Of a stretch of 62,552 bases of DNA, positions 9,618 through 19,986 are shown one piece after another (the first letter of the stretch is position 1; each line of letters opens with the position of its first letter). This DNA is from an uncultured Burkholderiales Genera incertae sedis bacterium (GTDB taxonomy: Bacteria > Pseudomonadota > Gammaproteobacteria > Burkholderiales > Eutrophovitaceae). The translations under genes and the position numbers were made by a program. The stretch lies in contig CAJQIK010000038.1 of assembly GCA_905478365.1 (NCBI GenBank), positions 1-62,552 on the forward strand, in the 5' to 3' direction. The notes below the pieces were generated by a model. The model was not told the origin of the DNA. It saw only the letters and a list, made by a program, of their open reading frames with translations, and made no database searches.

Positions 9618-11723
9618 ATGGCAACTCTACTTGTAGAATTACTAACGGAGGAACTGCCTCCTAAAGCTTTGAGGACACTTGGCAGCTCATTTGGGTCAGG
9701 CATCGTTTCCAGTCTGAGAAAACAAAATTTTGTGTCCGAGGATGTTCGCTATGAGACATTCGCGACGCCACGTAGACTAGCTATTATCATAAATGATGTG
9801 CTAGGCGTTTCTCCGGAGGAGACAATCAATCAAAAGCTAATGCCTAAAAATGTCGGCTTTACCGATAACGGCGCACCGACAGAGGCGCTACTGAAGAAAC
9901 TTAAATCACTTGGGCTCGATGAGAGCAGCGCACAGAAGACTGAATTAAAGAGTGATGGAAAGATGGAATTCATTTATCTCCGTCAAAAAAAAGTTGGTGT
10001 AACTATCGACGATGGATTACAAATAGCGATCGATCTCTCGATATCAAAGCTGCCCATCCCTAAAGTAATGAGCTACCAACCACAGGATAATTTAGAAACG
10101 GTAAATTTTGTGCGGCCAGCACATCGTCTAGTAGCGCTGCTCGACGAAAGAATCGTTGCTATCAAGACACTAGGGCTAAACAGCGGAAACCGATCAATCG
10201 GACATAGATTTCACTCAAAGGGTGATATTACGATTCAACATGCCAATGAGTATGAGTCGACTCTTGAGGAAGCAGGGCGAGTAATGCCTGACTACAATAA
10301 GCGTAAGGCCTTCATCCTAGATCAACTAAAGCAAAAAGCAAATCAACAAGACCTCGAACTTCAAAATGACGAAGATCTATTAGACGAAGTTACGTCTTTG
10401 GTGGAGTTACCCGAGGTTTATGTCGCTCGATTTGATAAAGACTTCCTCTCAATCCCTGAAGAATGTCTCGTACTTACGATGAAGACCAATCAGAAATATT
10501 TTCCACTATTTGATAGGAATGGGAATTTAGCAGAAACGTTTTTACTGGTTAGTAACATGAAGCTCGATGATCCAAGTAACATCGTTGAGGGAAACGAAAA
10601 AGTTATCCGGCCACGACTAGCAGATGCCCAATTTTTCTACCGAAGCGATATTCGAACTCCCCTCATTGATCTAACTGAAAAATTAAAGCACGTTATTTAT
10701 CATAATCAGCTCGGATCTCAATTGGACCGAGTTACACGTTTACGCAGCTTATCTATTCAAATAGCAAATCACATGGGAGCGGATCGCGACAAAGTTTCAA
10801 GGGCAGCTCAACTATGTAAAGCCGATCTACTCTCAGACATGGTCGGAGAATTTCCCGAATTACAAGGAACCATGGGTCGTTACTATGCGCTCGCCCAAGG
10901 AGAATCTCCCGATGTAGCCGATGCATTAGAGCAATATTATCGGCCAAGATTCGCCACCGACAATATTCCCAATAGCGAGATATCAGCTGCGTTGGCGCTA
11001 GCGGACAAACTTGACGTTATCGTAGGAATATTTGGGATTGGACTCATCCCATCGGGCGAAAAAGATCCCTTCGGGCTTAGGCGGCAAGCAATAGGAATCA
11101 TCAGAATACTGACAGAATACCCGGTTGAACTCGACCTTCACGAACTCATTAACTGGACTACCGAAAAATTTTCAAAAGAGTTAAAGCTAAGTGTAGATAA
11201 GTCACAAATTAAAATCTTCATCATGGACCGATTCAAAGGATATCTCAAAGATAAGGGGTACTCGATAGACAAAATTGAGGCAATACTAGCCACAGAGTCT
11301 AATCAACTGCATCTTGTACAACCTCGCTTAGTAGCGATAAATGAATTCCTTCAAACAGATCATGCTGCAGCATTAGCGACAGCGAATAAGCGTATTAAGA
11401 ATATTCTCAAAAAAAATAATGTGGACGGTAGCTGCGAAGTGGAACCTAAGTTATTCAACACAAAAGAAGAAGTCTCCCTTTACGAGGCAATTCAAGCTTT
11501 GTCACCGACCGTGACAAAAGCAATCACTCAAAGGCGCTACACAGATGCACTAAAGGCGTTGTCGACAGCAAGAAGTGAAGTCGACTCTTTTTTCGATAAA
11601 GTGATGGTGATGTCAAATGATGCAGCGGAGCGTAAGAACAGATTGGCGCTCTTAAATCAACTATCAATTCTGCTGAATTGCGTTGGCGACCTATCAGAAT
11701 TATCAATAGCAACAACGAAATAA
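9618..11723 (+). CDS. glyS: Glycine--tRNA ligase beta subunit
   Basis: 701 aa starting MATLLVELLTEELPPKAL, which is typical of GlyS. It lies immediately downstream of glyQ. Confidence 0.95.
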   Translation: MATLLVELLTEELPPKALRTLGSSFGSGIVSSLRKQNFVSEDVRYETFATPRRLAIIINDVLGVSPEETINQKLMPKNVGFTDNGAPTEALLKKLKSLGLDESSAQKTELKSDGKMEFIYLRQKKVGVTIDDGLQIAIDLSISKLPIPKVMSYQPQDNLETVNFVRPAHRLVALLDERIVAIKTLGLNSGNRSIGHRFHSKGDITIQHANEYESTLEEAGRVMPDYNKRKAFILDQLKQKANQQDLELQNDEDLLDEVTSLVELPEVYVARFDKDFLSIPEECLVLTMKTNQKYFPLFDRNGNLAETFLLVSNMKLDDPSNIVEGNEKVIRPRLADAQFFYRSDIRTPLIDLTEKLKHVIYHNQLGSQLDRVTRLRSLSIQIANHMGADRDKVSRAAQLCKADLLSDMVGEFPELQGTMGRYYALAQGESPDVADALEQYYRPRFATDNIPNSEISAALALADKLDVIVGIFGIGLIPSGEKDPFGLRRQAIGIIRILTEYPVELDLHELINWTTEKFSKELKLSVDKSQIKIFIMDRFKGYLKDKGYSIDKIEAILATESNQLHLVQPRLVAINEFLQTDHAAALATANKRIKNILKKNNVDGSCEVEPKLFNTKEEVSLYEAIQALSPTVTKAITQRRYTDALKALSTARSEVDSFFDKVMVMSNDAAERKNRLALLNQLSILLNCVGDLSELSIATTK

Positions 11724-11724
11724 A

Positions 11725-12261
11725 ATGAAGTTAGTAATACTCGATAGAGACGGCGTCATCAACTTCGACAGTGACCAGTACATTAAAAACCCAACGGAAT
11801 GGAAGCCGATACCACAAAGTTTAGAAGCTATCGCCCGACTTAATCATATGGGTTATCGAGTAGTTGTCGCCACCAATCAATCTGGAATTGGTAGAGGTCT
11901 ATTTGACATGTCTACTCTCAATGCGATCAATGAAAAAATGTATCGAGCTCTTGCTAACGTTGGAGGCAGAATCGACGCTTTATTCTTTTGTCCACACATA
12001 AGTGAAAGTCTCTGTAGCTGCCGCAAGCCTGAGCCAGGCATGCTACTGAGCATTGCAGAGCGCTTCAATGTTGACCTTGAGAATGTTCCGTTCATTGGCG
12101 ATTCACTTAAAGATCTTCAAGCCGCGAGTTCGGTTGGCGCGCTCCCTATTTTAGTAAAAACCGGCAAGGGCGAAAAAACATCAAAAAGCGATCAATTACC
12201 AAAAGCCACGATACAGTTCATCGATCTCAACGAAGCTGTAAAACACATTACGGCTGGGTAA
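11725..12261 (+). CDS. gmhB: D-glycero-beta-D-manno-heptose 1,7-bisphosphate 7-phosphatase (HAD-IIIA)
   Basis: 178 aa with the HAD motif I LDRDGVIN, the Zn-binding Cys cluster (CPH...CSCRKP) and GDSLKD. Confidence 0.85.
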   Translation: MKLVILDRDGVINFDSDQYIKNPTEWKPIPQSLEAIARLNHMGYRVVVATNQSGIGRGLFDMSTLNAINEKMYRALANVGGRIDALFFCPHISESLCSCRKPEPGMLLSIAERFNVDLENVPFIGDSLKDLQAASSVGALPILVKTGKGEKTSKSDQLPKATIQFIDLNEAVKHITAG

Positions 12262-12263
12262 TC

Positions 12264-12983
12264 GTGCTCTGTTTAGTCCGATCTTTAATCTTCGAATTAT
12301 TACGAGCATCACTAACTATAGTATTTTCCTTTGTCGCGATTCTTACTTTTCCACTATCTCCGATCAAAAGGTATCGCATCATCACGTTATGGTCATACTG
12401 CATCACATTTCTCGCAAAACATATCTGCGGGATAAAATATAGCGTTCAAGGTCTAGACAATATACCTAGCGCTCCGTGTGTGATCCTATCCAAACACCAA
12501 TCAGCCTGGGAGACTTTCGCCTTTCAAACCATATTCCCACCTCAAGTCTGGGTTTTAAAAAGTAGTCTCCTGCTCGTCCCCTTCTTTGGTTGGGGACTGG
12601 CGATGATGAACCCAATCGCTATAGATCGATCAAGCGGATCTAAAGCGCTCAAGCAAATGTTGACGCAAGGTAGGAACCGGATTGAGAACGGCTGGTATAT
12701 TATTGTCTTTCCAGAAGGAACAAGAACCTCACCTCTAAAAAAAGTCGACTATCAAGTCGGTGGGGCTTGGCTGTCGTCAAAGCTGCAGTCAGATATACTG
12801 CCAGTCGCGCACAATGCCGGTGAATATTGGCCTAAGAATGCATTGCTAAAAAAACCAGGGACAATTAATGTAGTCATAGGAAAGCCCATAAAAACAACTG
12901 ACAAGTCACCCGCAGAACTTATAAAGCACGTTGAAGCTTGGATTGAGACCAATATGCCAAAAAACTCCCGTCGAGACTTATGA
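12264..12983 (+). CDS. plsC: 1-acyl-sn-glycerol-3-phosphate acyltransferase
   Basis: 239 aa with an N-terminal TM segment, acyltransferase block I KHQSAWE and block III FPEGTR. Confidence 0.85.
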   Translation: MLCLVRSLIFELLRASLTIVFSFVAILTFPLSPIKRYRIITLWSYCITFLAKHICGIKYSVQGLDNIPSAPCVILSKHQSAWETFAFQTIFPPQVWVLKSSLLLVPFFGWGLAMMNPIAIDRSSGSKALKQMLTQGRNRIENGWYIIVFPEGTRTSPLKKVDYQVGGAWLSSKLQSDILPVAHNAGEYWPKNALLKKPGTINVVIGKPIKTTDKSPAELIKHVEAWIETNMPKNSRRDL

Positions 12984-13144
12984 CCTCAATATCGAAAATA
13001 ATTTTTGTATTTTTTTGTTTATGTCTAATCTCGGGTTGCGGACAAACAGGACCACTTTATCTACCAGATAAATCTGAGACCGAAAAGACAGATGCGCCCA
13101 CGAAAAAAAACTTAAATCAAGACTCAGCAACACAACAAAAATAA
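12980..13144 (+). CDS. lptM: Small lipoprotein, LptM/YifL-like (54 aa)
   Basis: Not in the ORF track (below 60 aa). Translation: MTSISKIIFVFFCLCLISGCGQTGPLYLPDKSETEKTDAPTKKNLNQDSATQQK. It has a lipobox LISGC followed by the GxxGPLYLP signature of the YifL/LptM family. The ATG overlaps the plsC stop (ATGA) and the TAA overlaps the lysA ATG (TAATG). The position just upstream of lysA matches many proteobacteria. Confidence 0.65.
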   Translation: MTSISKIIFVFFCLCLISGCGQTGPLYLPDKSETEKTDAPTKKNLNQDSATQQK

Positions 13145-14388
13145 TGACAATCAACACAAAAACAGGTCGTCTGTTTATTGAGAATAAAGCTGCAAGTGAT
13201 GTAGCGAAGGAGTTTGGAACGCCTTGTTATGTGTATTCTAAAAACTCGATAAAGACTAATTTCAATAGATTCAAGGATGCTTTCGGAGAGCGTAAAAACC
13301 TCGTTTGTTACGCTGTTAAGGCGAACTCGAACATCGCAATCATAAGAATTCTTGCGGATTTAGGAAGCGGCTTCGACATTGTTTCAGGAGGAGAATTAAG
13401 CCGGGTGCTAGCCGCTGGAGGAGACCCAAGTAAAACCGTCTTCTCTGGTGTTGGTAAAACCCACGCCGAGATTCACTATGCGCTCGAACAGAAGATAAAA
13501 TGTTTCAATGTCGAATCTGAATCCGAGCTACATCGTATCTCCACCATAGCAAGGGAGTTGGGTGTTGAAGCAAATATTAGCTTGAGAGTCAATCCTGACG
13601 TAGACGCGAAAACACATCCCTATATTTCAACAGGGCTGAAAGAAAATAAGTTCGGAGTCGACGTTGATGACGCTATGCGCCTCTACAAGATCGCGGCAAA
13701 GCTCCCTAATATAGAGCCCACCGGTATTGATTGTCATATCGGATCTCAACTCACCGAAATCGCGCCAATGCGAGACGCGGCTCTAAAAATGGTTGAGTTA
13801 ACTGATGCACTCATTGCTGAGAATATTGTAATTGATCATATTGATTTTGGTGGTGGACTAGGTATTCAATATCAAGATGAAACTCCGATTCACCAAGAGC
13901 TGTTCGTCAAAATGTTACTCGAGGCCATGGGCTCGCGCGAACAAGAGATCCTTATAGAACCGGGTCGCTCAATTGTTGGGAATTCAGGCTTACTACTCAC
14001 CACGGTCGAATACCTCAAGCATGGGCCAAACAAAAACTTCATTGTTGTAGATGCCGCGATGAACGATCTCGCAAGACCATCTTTGTATAACGCGTACCAT
14101 CATATCGATAGCATCATAGAAGAGAAAAATCGACCCTTAAAACGTTACGATATCGTCGGACCGATTTGTGAAACAGGAGACTTTTTAGGTAAAGACCGAG
14201 ACCTATGCGTTAATGAGGGCGATGTACTTGCTATTCACTCGGTCGGGGCATACGGTATGACTATGAGCTCGAACTATAATTCTCGGGGAAGAGCCCCCGA
14301 AATCCTTATCGATGATACTCGGGCACATGTCATTAGAGACAGAGAGTCGATCGAAGACCTTTTCTCCAATGAACAAATAGCTCCGTAA
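13144..14388 (+). CDS. lysA: Diaminopimelate decarboxylase
   Basis: 414 aa with the PLP-lysine motif CYAVKANSN, the GGGLGI glycine loop and CETGD near the C-terminus. Confidence 0.95.
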   Translation: MTINTKTGRLFIENKAASDVAKEFGTPCYVYSKNSIKTNFNRFKDAFGERKNLVCYAVKANSNIAIIRILADLGSGFDIVSGGELSRVLAAGGDPSKTVFSGVGKTHAEIHYALEQKIKCFNVESESELHRISTIARELGVEANISLRVNPDVDAKTHPYISTGLKENKFGVDVDDAMRLYKIAAKLPNIEPTGIDCHIGSQLTEIAPMRDAALKMVELTDALIAENIVIDHIDFGGGLGIQYQDETPIHQELFVKMLLEAMGSREQEILIEPGRSIVGNSGLLLTTVEYLKHGPNKNFIVVDAAMNDLARPSLYNAYHHIDSIIEEKNRPLKRYDIVGPICETGDFLGKDRDLCVNEGDVLAIHSVGAYGMTMSSNYNSRGRAPEILIDDTRAHVIRDRESIEDLFSNEQIAP

Positions 14389-14490
14389 CGAGTCCAAAAA
14401 TTGTTCGGTTGCTAAAATACCCATGGTACGTAGCTAAAACATTTAAACTACAGCTTGCCTCCTTATCGTTTGATTTTTTAGGTTTCAATA

Positions 14491-14937
14491 ATGATTGTAT
14501 ATAACTTAACTTGTGATCAAAGTCATAGTTTCGAAGGTTGGTTTGCCTCCGCGGCTAACTTTGACAAACAACTAACAAATAGACAGATATCGTGCCCAAA
14601 CTGTGGCTCAACCGACGTAACCAAGCAGCTGTCGGCACCTTATGTCAACACCGGGTCTACTCATACAAGTCCGATAGCAACTAAGCAAACAGAAACGGCT
14701 CTTGCTGGCTTAAACCCACAACATCTTCAAAGTAAGTTTATCGAATACATCATACAAAATACAGAAGACGTTGGCGCAAAATTTCCCGAAGAAGCACGTA
14801 AAATTTATTACGGCGAAACAGATAATCGATCTATACGCGGTGAAGCTTCAGGAGAGGCCATCAAAGAACTTCAGGAGGAGGGTATTGATGTTTATGGATT
14901 ACCGGTCGACCCACTAACCCCTGATAAATTAAACTAA
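14491..14937 (+). CDS. DUF1178-family zinc-ribbon protein
   Basis: 148 aa. The N-terminus MIVYNLTCDQSHSFEGWFASAANFDKQL...CPNCGS matches the conserved DUF1178 pattern. Confidence 0.65.
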   Translation: MIVYNLTCDQSHSFEGWFASAANFDKQLTNRQISCPNCGSTDVTKQLSAPYVNTGSTHTSPIATKQTETALAGLNPQHLQSKFIEYIIQNTEDVGAKFPEEARKIYYGETDNRSIRGEASGEAIKELQEEGIDVYGLPVDPLTPDKLN

Positions 14938-15894
14938 TTGATCAAATCAGTCAGTCAAAAGAGAATTTATAGGGATTACTCGCTGCTTGCACTCGCCGTT
15001 CTGGTCGTTTCGACAGCGGCTGTGCTTACTAAGGGCGCTCAAAATGAAGGCGCCACCTCAGGTGCTATTGCATTTCTGAGACTGGGACTCGCCTCTGCTT
15101 GTTTAGCCCTAGTGTCCCTCAACTCGATTTATCGCGGCTTAGAGCAGTCCACAACTGATACGATATTAAAAAGCGCTCTTGCCGGTATTTTTTTAGCTGC
15201 ACACTTTCTGACGTGGATAATATCGTTAGAATATATTCCCGTCTCAAGGAGCACATTTCTAGTAACAACGAGTCCTCTGTGGGTAGCAATAATAAGTTTT
15301 CTCTTTTTAAAGGAAATCATCACAAGACAGCAAGTTATTGGAATAATGATCTCCATAGGTAGCGCATTATTTATCTTCTACAACGAGAATGAATTCTTAG
15401 GGAGAGCGGCAGAAAGTTTCCTTAAAGGTGAAATGCTCGCCACTTTTGGTGCAATCTCAATCGCAGCTTATTTGATCATCGGCCGAACGCTTCGTAACAC
15501 GATCGACTTGAAAACTTATGTTTTCCTAACATACGGGTTCGCTACTGTGGTACTTGCCCTCCTTCGCTTATGCAGCGAAGAGCAACTAATACCCTCCCTA
15601 TCACCCACAGCCTGGCTATACATTTCGTTGTTGGCATTAGGCCCTCAACTTATTGGGCACACAATACTTAACTGGGGTGTGCGACGTTTTTCCGCCACCA
15701 TTGTTTCAATGACTGTTCTAGCCGAGCCAATCGCGGCCTCCATACTGGCGTGGATAATTCTTGATGAAATTGTGGGTCCAAGCGGGTTTATTGGCTTTAC
15801 CGGGATTCTTTTAGGTATCGGTATAGTGATCTACGACCAACCTATCTTCGCCTTTCTTACAAATAAATTGCGAAATAATCAAAAGTCGATATGA
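14938..15894 (+). CDS. EamA/DMT-family transporter
   Basis: 318 aa with about 10 predicted TM helices in two internally similar halves, as expected for a drug/metabolite transporter. The TTG start directly after the upstream stop is uncertain. Confidence 0.75.
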   Translation: MIKSVSQKRIYRDYSLLALAVLVVSTAAVLTKGAQNEGATSGAIAFLRLGLASACLALVSLNSIYRGLEQSTTDTILKSALAGIFLAAHFLTWIISLEYIPVSRSTFLVTTSPLWVAIISFLFLKEIITRQQVIGIMISIGSALFIFYNENEFLGRAAESFLKGEMLATFGAISIAAYLIIGRTLRNTIDLKTYVFLTYGFATVVLALLRLCSEEQLIPSLSPTAWLYISLLALGPQLIGHTILNWGVRRFSATIVSMTVLAEPIAASILAWIILDEIVGPSGFIGFTGILLGIGIVIYDQPIFAFLTNKLRNNQKSI

Positions 15895-16050
15895 CCAGAG
15901 AAACAAATGACGATACCAAATAAAAATCGGAGTTTGTGATTGATAGTCTTTCCAAGAATTGGTCAATTTCAGTTAATTTAGATCGTATATTCATAAAACC
16001 GCAATAGTCCCACATACACTACGTGCGACAAGCAACTCTATGCTCAATCC

Positions 16051-16668
16051 TCAATTTTTTCTGATACGAAAAAAAATCCGCCAACCTAACAAGAGGAATA
16101 GTATAACGGCGAATATTAACGGCTCAGTTACGTCAATCTTCACCAGCATGAAAAAGTGTATTACGCCTAACATCGCAATGACATAAATCATTCTGTGTAA
16201 CCGCCGCCATTGTATCGATCCCAACCTCATTTTGACACGGTTTACTGATGTAATCGCCAATATTGAGAGGCCCGCAAATGCCGAAAAACCAAAATAGATA
16301 AAGGGCCGCTCCGTTAAGTCCAACAGAATCTCTGTCCAATGAAAATACTGATCCAAAACCAGCCAGCTTAAAAAATGGACTAACGAATAAAAAAATGTAA
16401 TGAGGCCTAAGGTTCTTCTGAAGGGGAAAATGAACGGCATATTGAAAATCTGGCGAATAGGCGTCACAGATAATGTCAGCATTAAAAAAACAAGCGTCCA
16501 CCATCCTGTAAATTGGGAAATAAACTCGATCGGATTTGCCGTCAATTTATCCATAGTGGCGCGCACAGCCAAAATGAGTAACGGCAACGAGCTGCCAAAC
16601 CATACTAGTGGAATGTAGAGACGCTTTTTCTTACTGGAAGATGTCGGCGCAGGGGCAGGGTGCGTCAT
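16051..16668 (-). CDS. msrQ: Protein-methionine-sulfoxide reductase heme-binding subunit
   Basis: 205 aa with six TM segments and conserved His residues (LVHFLSW, VIHFF). It lies directly downstream of msrP. Confidence 0.85.
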   Translation of the reverse strand: MTHPAPAPTSSSKKKRLYIPLVWFGSSLPLLILAVRATMDKLTANPIEFISQFTGWWTLVFLMLTLSVTPIRQIFNMPFIFPFRRTLGLITFFYSLVHFLSWLVLDQYFHWTEILLDLTERPFIYFGFSAFAGLSILAITSVNRVKMRLGSIQWRRLHRMIYVIAMLGVIHFFMLVKIDVTEPLIFAVILFLLLGWRIFFRIRKN

Positions 16669-16680
16669 AGACTACACGCT

Positions 16681-17634
16681 TTAAAAATATTCAGTGAGAT
16701 CTAAGTCGCGGTACAAATCAGCAACCCATTCAGAGTACCCATTAAACATCAATGTATCCCGTTTAAGAAACTCACCAATACGTCTCTCTCTTCTCTGACT
16801 CCATCTAGGATGTGAAACATTTGGATTGACGTTTGAGTAAAATCCGTACTCGCTCGGATTAGCGAGATTCCAAGAGGAATTTGGTTGCTTCTCCGTTAAT
16901 CTAATAGTGACAATTGATTTCGCACTTTTAAATCCGTATTTCCACGGCACGATGATTCTTACTGGTGCTCCATTTTGATTGGGTAAAATCTCGCCATACA
17001 GGCCAACAGTCAAAAGCGTAAGGGGATTCATTGCCTCATCGATTCGTAATCCCTCGGTATAGGGCCAATCGAGTACTGGACTTTTTTGGCCTGGCATTTG
17101 TTCCGTGTCATATAAAGAAACAAATTCAACAAAACGAGCGTTCCCAGTAGGTTGTACTTCATTTAACAATTTAGACAAAGGAAACCCCACCCAGGGGATT
17201 ACCATTGACCAGGCCTCCACGCACCGTAATCGATAAATACGTTCTTCTATCGGCGCCAACTTTAAGATATCGTCCATATCAAATGTTTTCGGTCGCCCTA
17301 CCTCACCGACTACCTGAATCTTCCACCCATCAGTTTTCAATCGATGAGCCTGCTCAAACGGATCTTCCTTGCCCATGCCAAATTCATAAAAGTTATTGTA
17401 TCGGGTAACATCGGAATAGCTTGTTTGTTCCTCGTCACTCGAAAATTTGTTTTTACCACGGTCTATTGGTACAGGAAATTGCACACCATCGCGGGCGTGC
17501 GCAATATTCTGTGGTAGTGCTAATGCAGCTAAGGACGCGACACTACCCTGCATCCAGCGCCGTCTAGATTCGAACAATGTTTTGGACGTGATTTCAGAGG
17601 GGTGGATATTAGATTTAAATATATTGTTTCTCAT
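16681..17634 (-). CDS. msrP: Protein-methionine-sulfoxide reductase molybdopterin catalytic subunit
   Basis: 317 aa with the twin-arginine signal SRRRWMQGSVASLAALALP and a YedY-type oxidoreductase molybdopterin-binding core (RLRCVEAWSMVIPWVGF). Confidence 0.9.
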   Translation of the reverse strand: MRNNIFKSNIHPSEITSKTLFESRRRWMQGSVASLAALALPQNIAHARDGVQFPVPIDRGKNKFSSDEEQTSYSDVTRYNNFYEFGMGKEDPFEQAHRLKTDGWKIQVVGEVGRPKTFDMDDILKLAPIEERIYRLRCVEAWSMVIPWVGFPLSKLLNEVQPTGNARFVEFVSLYDTEQMPGQKSPVLDWPYTEGLRIDEAMNPLTLLTVGLYGEILPNQNGAPVRIIVPWKYGFKSAKSIVTIRLTEKQPNSSWNLANPSEYGFYSNVNPNVSHPRWSQRRERRIGEFLKRDTLMFNGYSEWVADLYRDLDLTEYF

Positions 17635-17683
17635 AATTGGATTTATTGCGGTCTGGAATGTATTGAAAAATACTCATGCCGCA

Positions 17684-19132
17684 TCACACGAGGAAGACGG
17701 TCGCAAGACCAAGAAATATTAAAAATCCCATACTGTCGGTACTAAATGTTAATAACACGGATGATCCTATCGCGGGATCTCTACCCATTTTTTGTAAAAA
17801 TAACGGGACTAACATACCAACTCCAGCACCAACGATTAAATTAAGCAACATTGCTCCTAACATCACAAATCCAAGCGCAATATTCCCATAGAGTAGCCAC
17901 GCGAAAGTACCCGCTACCGAACCCCATAAAACGCCATTAACCAGCGCGATTGACAGCTCCTTACGCAGAAGCCCCTTGGCATTACTTTTATTTATCTCTT
18001 CGAAGGCGAGGGCTCGAACAATAAGGGCAACAGTTTGATTGCCCGAGTTTCCGGCTATCGCGGCAACGATAGGCATCAACGCAGCCAACGCAACAAGTTT
18101 CTCTATCGAATGCTCAAATAGCCCAATGACACGAGACGCAAAAAAGGCGGTCCCTAGATTGACGGCAAGCCATAACCACCGATTTTTCGCACTCTTCCAC
18201 ACAGACGAGAATAAGTCTTCATCTCGCAAACCGACTTTCCCCAAAGATTCCTGTTCCGCATCCTCCCGAATGTAATCAACAATATCTGTAATCGTCATTC
18301 TTCCAACAATACGGCTATGAGCGTCAACCACAGGCGCTGAAACTAGATCATATCGCTCGAAAGCATGCGCTGCGCTTTCAGCATCCCTGTCCGGATTGAA
18401 AGTTACGATATCGCTAGACATAACGTCACACACTTGTGCATCTGGTGCAGCTACTATCAAATCACTTACCGACAAAACGCCTTTTAAGACCTCTCGACGA
18501 TCAACTACAAAAAGCTTATCGGTATTCGGTGGCAACCGCTCAAGTCGTCTCAGATATCTCATTACCACATCAAGCGCTACATCCTCCCGAACAGTCACCA
18601 TCTCGAAATCCATCAACGCGCCTACCGTGCCCTCTGGATAGGATAGCGCTGCTTTTAACTGTAATCGCTCTTCTTCCGACAATGAACTAAATACGTCGGC
18701 TATAACCTCTTCCGGCAAGTTGGGTGCGAGGTCAGCAATTTCGTCGGCATCCAACTGCTCCGTTGCGGCAACAAGTTCTTGCGTATTCATATCGGCTATT
18801 AGGGTTTCTCTAACAGCATCTGACACTTCAAGTAAAACATCCCCGTCAACATCTGATGGGATAAAGTTCCACACGATTAATCGTTCATCAAGGGGTAATT
18901 GTTCCAACATTGCCGCGATGTCGGCTGGATGCATCGAATCCAACCGCTCTTGTAGCTTTATCAGACTTTGGTCTTGATAACTCTCTCCGGAGAGAACTTG
19001 AGTTAGCGTCGTACGACCACGACTGTCTAACTCAATATGCTGATTATTTTCGAGAATCACTTTTATATCTTCAAGGCATTGTTGAACTGTGTCGACACGA
19101 CTTCGAGTATTTGTTACGTCGATATCACTCAT
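17684..19132 (-). CDS. mgtE: Magnesium transporter MgtE
   Basis: 482 aa with an MgtE N-domain, a CBS pair (ALMDFEMVTV..., VMSSDIVTF...) and a C-terminal 5-TM MgtE channel domain. Confidence 0.9.
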   Translation of the reverse strand: MSDIDVTNTRSRVDTVQQCLEDIKVILENNQHIELDSRGRTTLTQVLSGESYQDQSLIKLQERLDSMHPADIAAMLEQLPLDERLIVWNFIPSDVDGDVLLEVSDAVRETLIADMNTQELVAATEQLDADEIADLAPNLPEEVIADVFSSLSEEERLQLKAALSYPEGTVGALMDFEMVTVREDVALDVVMRYLRRLERLPPNTDKLFVVDRREVLKGVLSVSDLIVAAPDAQVCDVMSSDIVTFNPDRDAESAAHAFERYDLVSAPVVDAHSRIVGRMTITDIVDYIREDAEQESLGKVGLRDEDLFSSVWKSAKNRWLWLAVNLGTAFFASRVIGLFEHSIEKLVALAALMPIVAAIAGNSGNQTVALIVRALAFEEINKSNAKGLLRKELSIALVNGVLWGSVAGTFAWLLYGNIALGFVMLGAMLLNLIVGAGVGMLVPLFLQKMGRDPAIGSSVLLTFSTDSMGFLIFLGLATVFLV

Positions 19133-19181
19133 AGGTCATCCTCAAAAACTTCGGGCATTCAAGATGTTACTTAACGACAAG

Positions 19182-19976
19182 CTACATTGGCGTTAATTCT
19201 GCAAATGGCTGGGACTGACATAAGACAGCCCCCCCTTCCAAGTTAGCATTAAATATCTGAACAGTTCCGGAATCAGTCCAACGGAAGCCATAGTAAGCCA
19301 AACCCGTTGGTGATTTCAGGTCCTCAGCTTCAATGTAGTCGCAGGTGGCACCATCTCGTATCAACGATACTTCGTAGTAGAAAGCATTCTCACCCGGAAA
19401 TGTTGCTTTACCCTCATCGGTAAAGCTCCATTTTTCACCCTCTTTATCGAGATACTCACCACTCAATACGATGTTATTAATTATTGGGCCCAACTCCTTG
19501 CCAACACGTTCGTAGGATGCCCACTGCCCGTCCATTATCAGAGGCTCCTGTATCTGCAATTGTCGAAATTGACCATCTGCAGATTTTTGTCCTTTAAACC
19601 ACACATAGACCACGTCCTCAGCAGAAGTCGGGACGTTCCTCTCTCCTAAAACTAATCGATAGGTCTCTGCATCTTCTCCTGGCTCAACATCAAACACAAT
19701 CATCAACGTTGCCTTGACCATGTCCGTTGCAAAGTAGGGGAAAACACGACCCTCTTTTTTTATAGCGATTAACACCGGCTTATATTTTTTCTCTGCCTCG
19801 TGAGGCTGTTTAGTCTCTCTTAAAAAATCGAGATAATTTCTCTCAAACCAAATTCCCTCTAGATCATCGATGAAAACTCGATCGTTTGCATTTGTATCGG
19901 ACATTGGTGCTGCGAGAGATGCTACGACGAATATCGTTGAAAGTTTTAGCTTCCAATTTGCGTAATTAAAAATCAC
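19182..19976 (-). CDS. Secreted protein of unknown function
   Basis: The ORF track extends to 20018, but AAGGAG (19988-19983) followed by GTG GTG (19979/19976) gives a start that yields a signal peptide (MIFNYANWKLKLSTIFVVASLAAPMSDTNA). The amidase stop is embedded in TAAGGAG. I recognise no family motif. Confidence 0.55.
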   Translation of the reverse strand: MIFNYANWKLKLSTIFVVASLAAPMSDTNANDRVFIDDLEGIWFERNYLDFLRETKQPHEAEKKYKPVLIAIKKEGRVFPYFATDMVKATLMIVFDVEPGEDAETYRLVLGERNVPTSAEDVVYVWFKGQKSADGQFRQLQIQEPLIMDGQWASYERVGKELGPIINNIVLSGEYLDKEGEKWSFTDEGKATFPGENAFYYEVSLIRDGATCDYIEAEDLKSPTGLAYYGFRWTDSGTVQIFNANLEGGAVLCQSQPFAELTPM

Positions 19977-19986
19977 CACTTGCTCC

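Noticed and set aside
16133-16504. 123-aa same-strand ORF inside msrQ
   Set aside because: It is out of frame within msrQ, and the msrQ frame has the expected six-TM heme-binding pattern.
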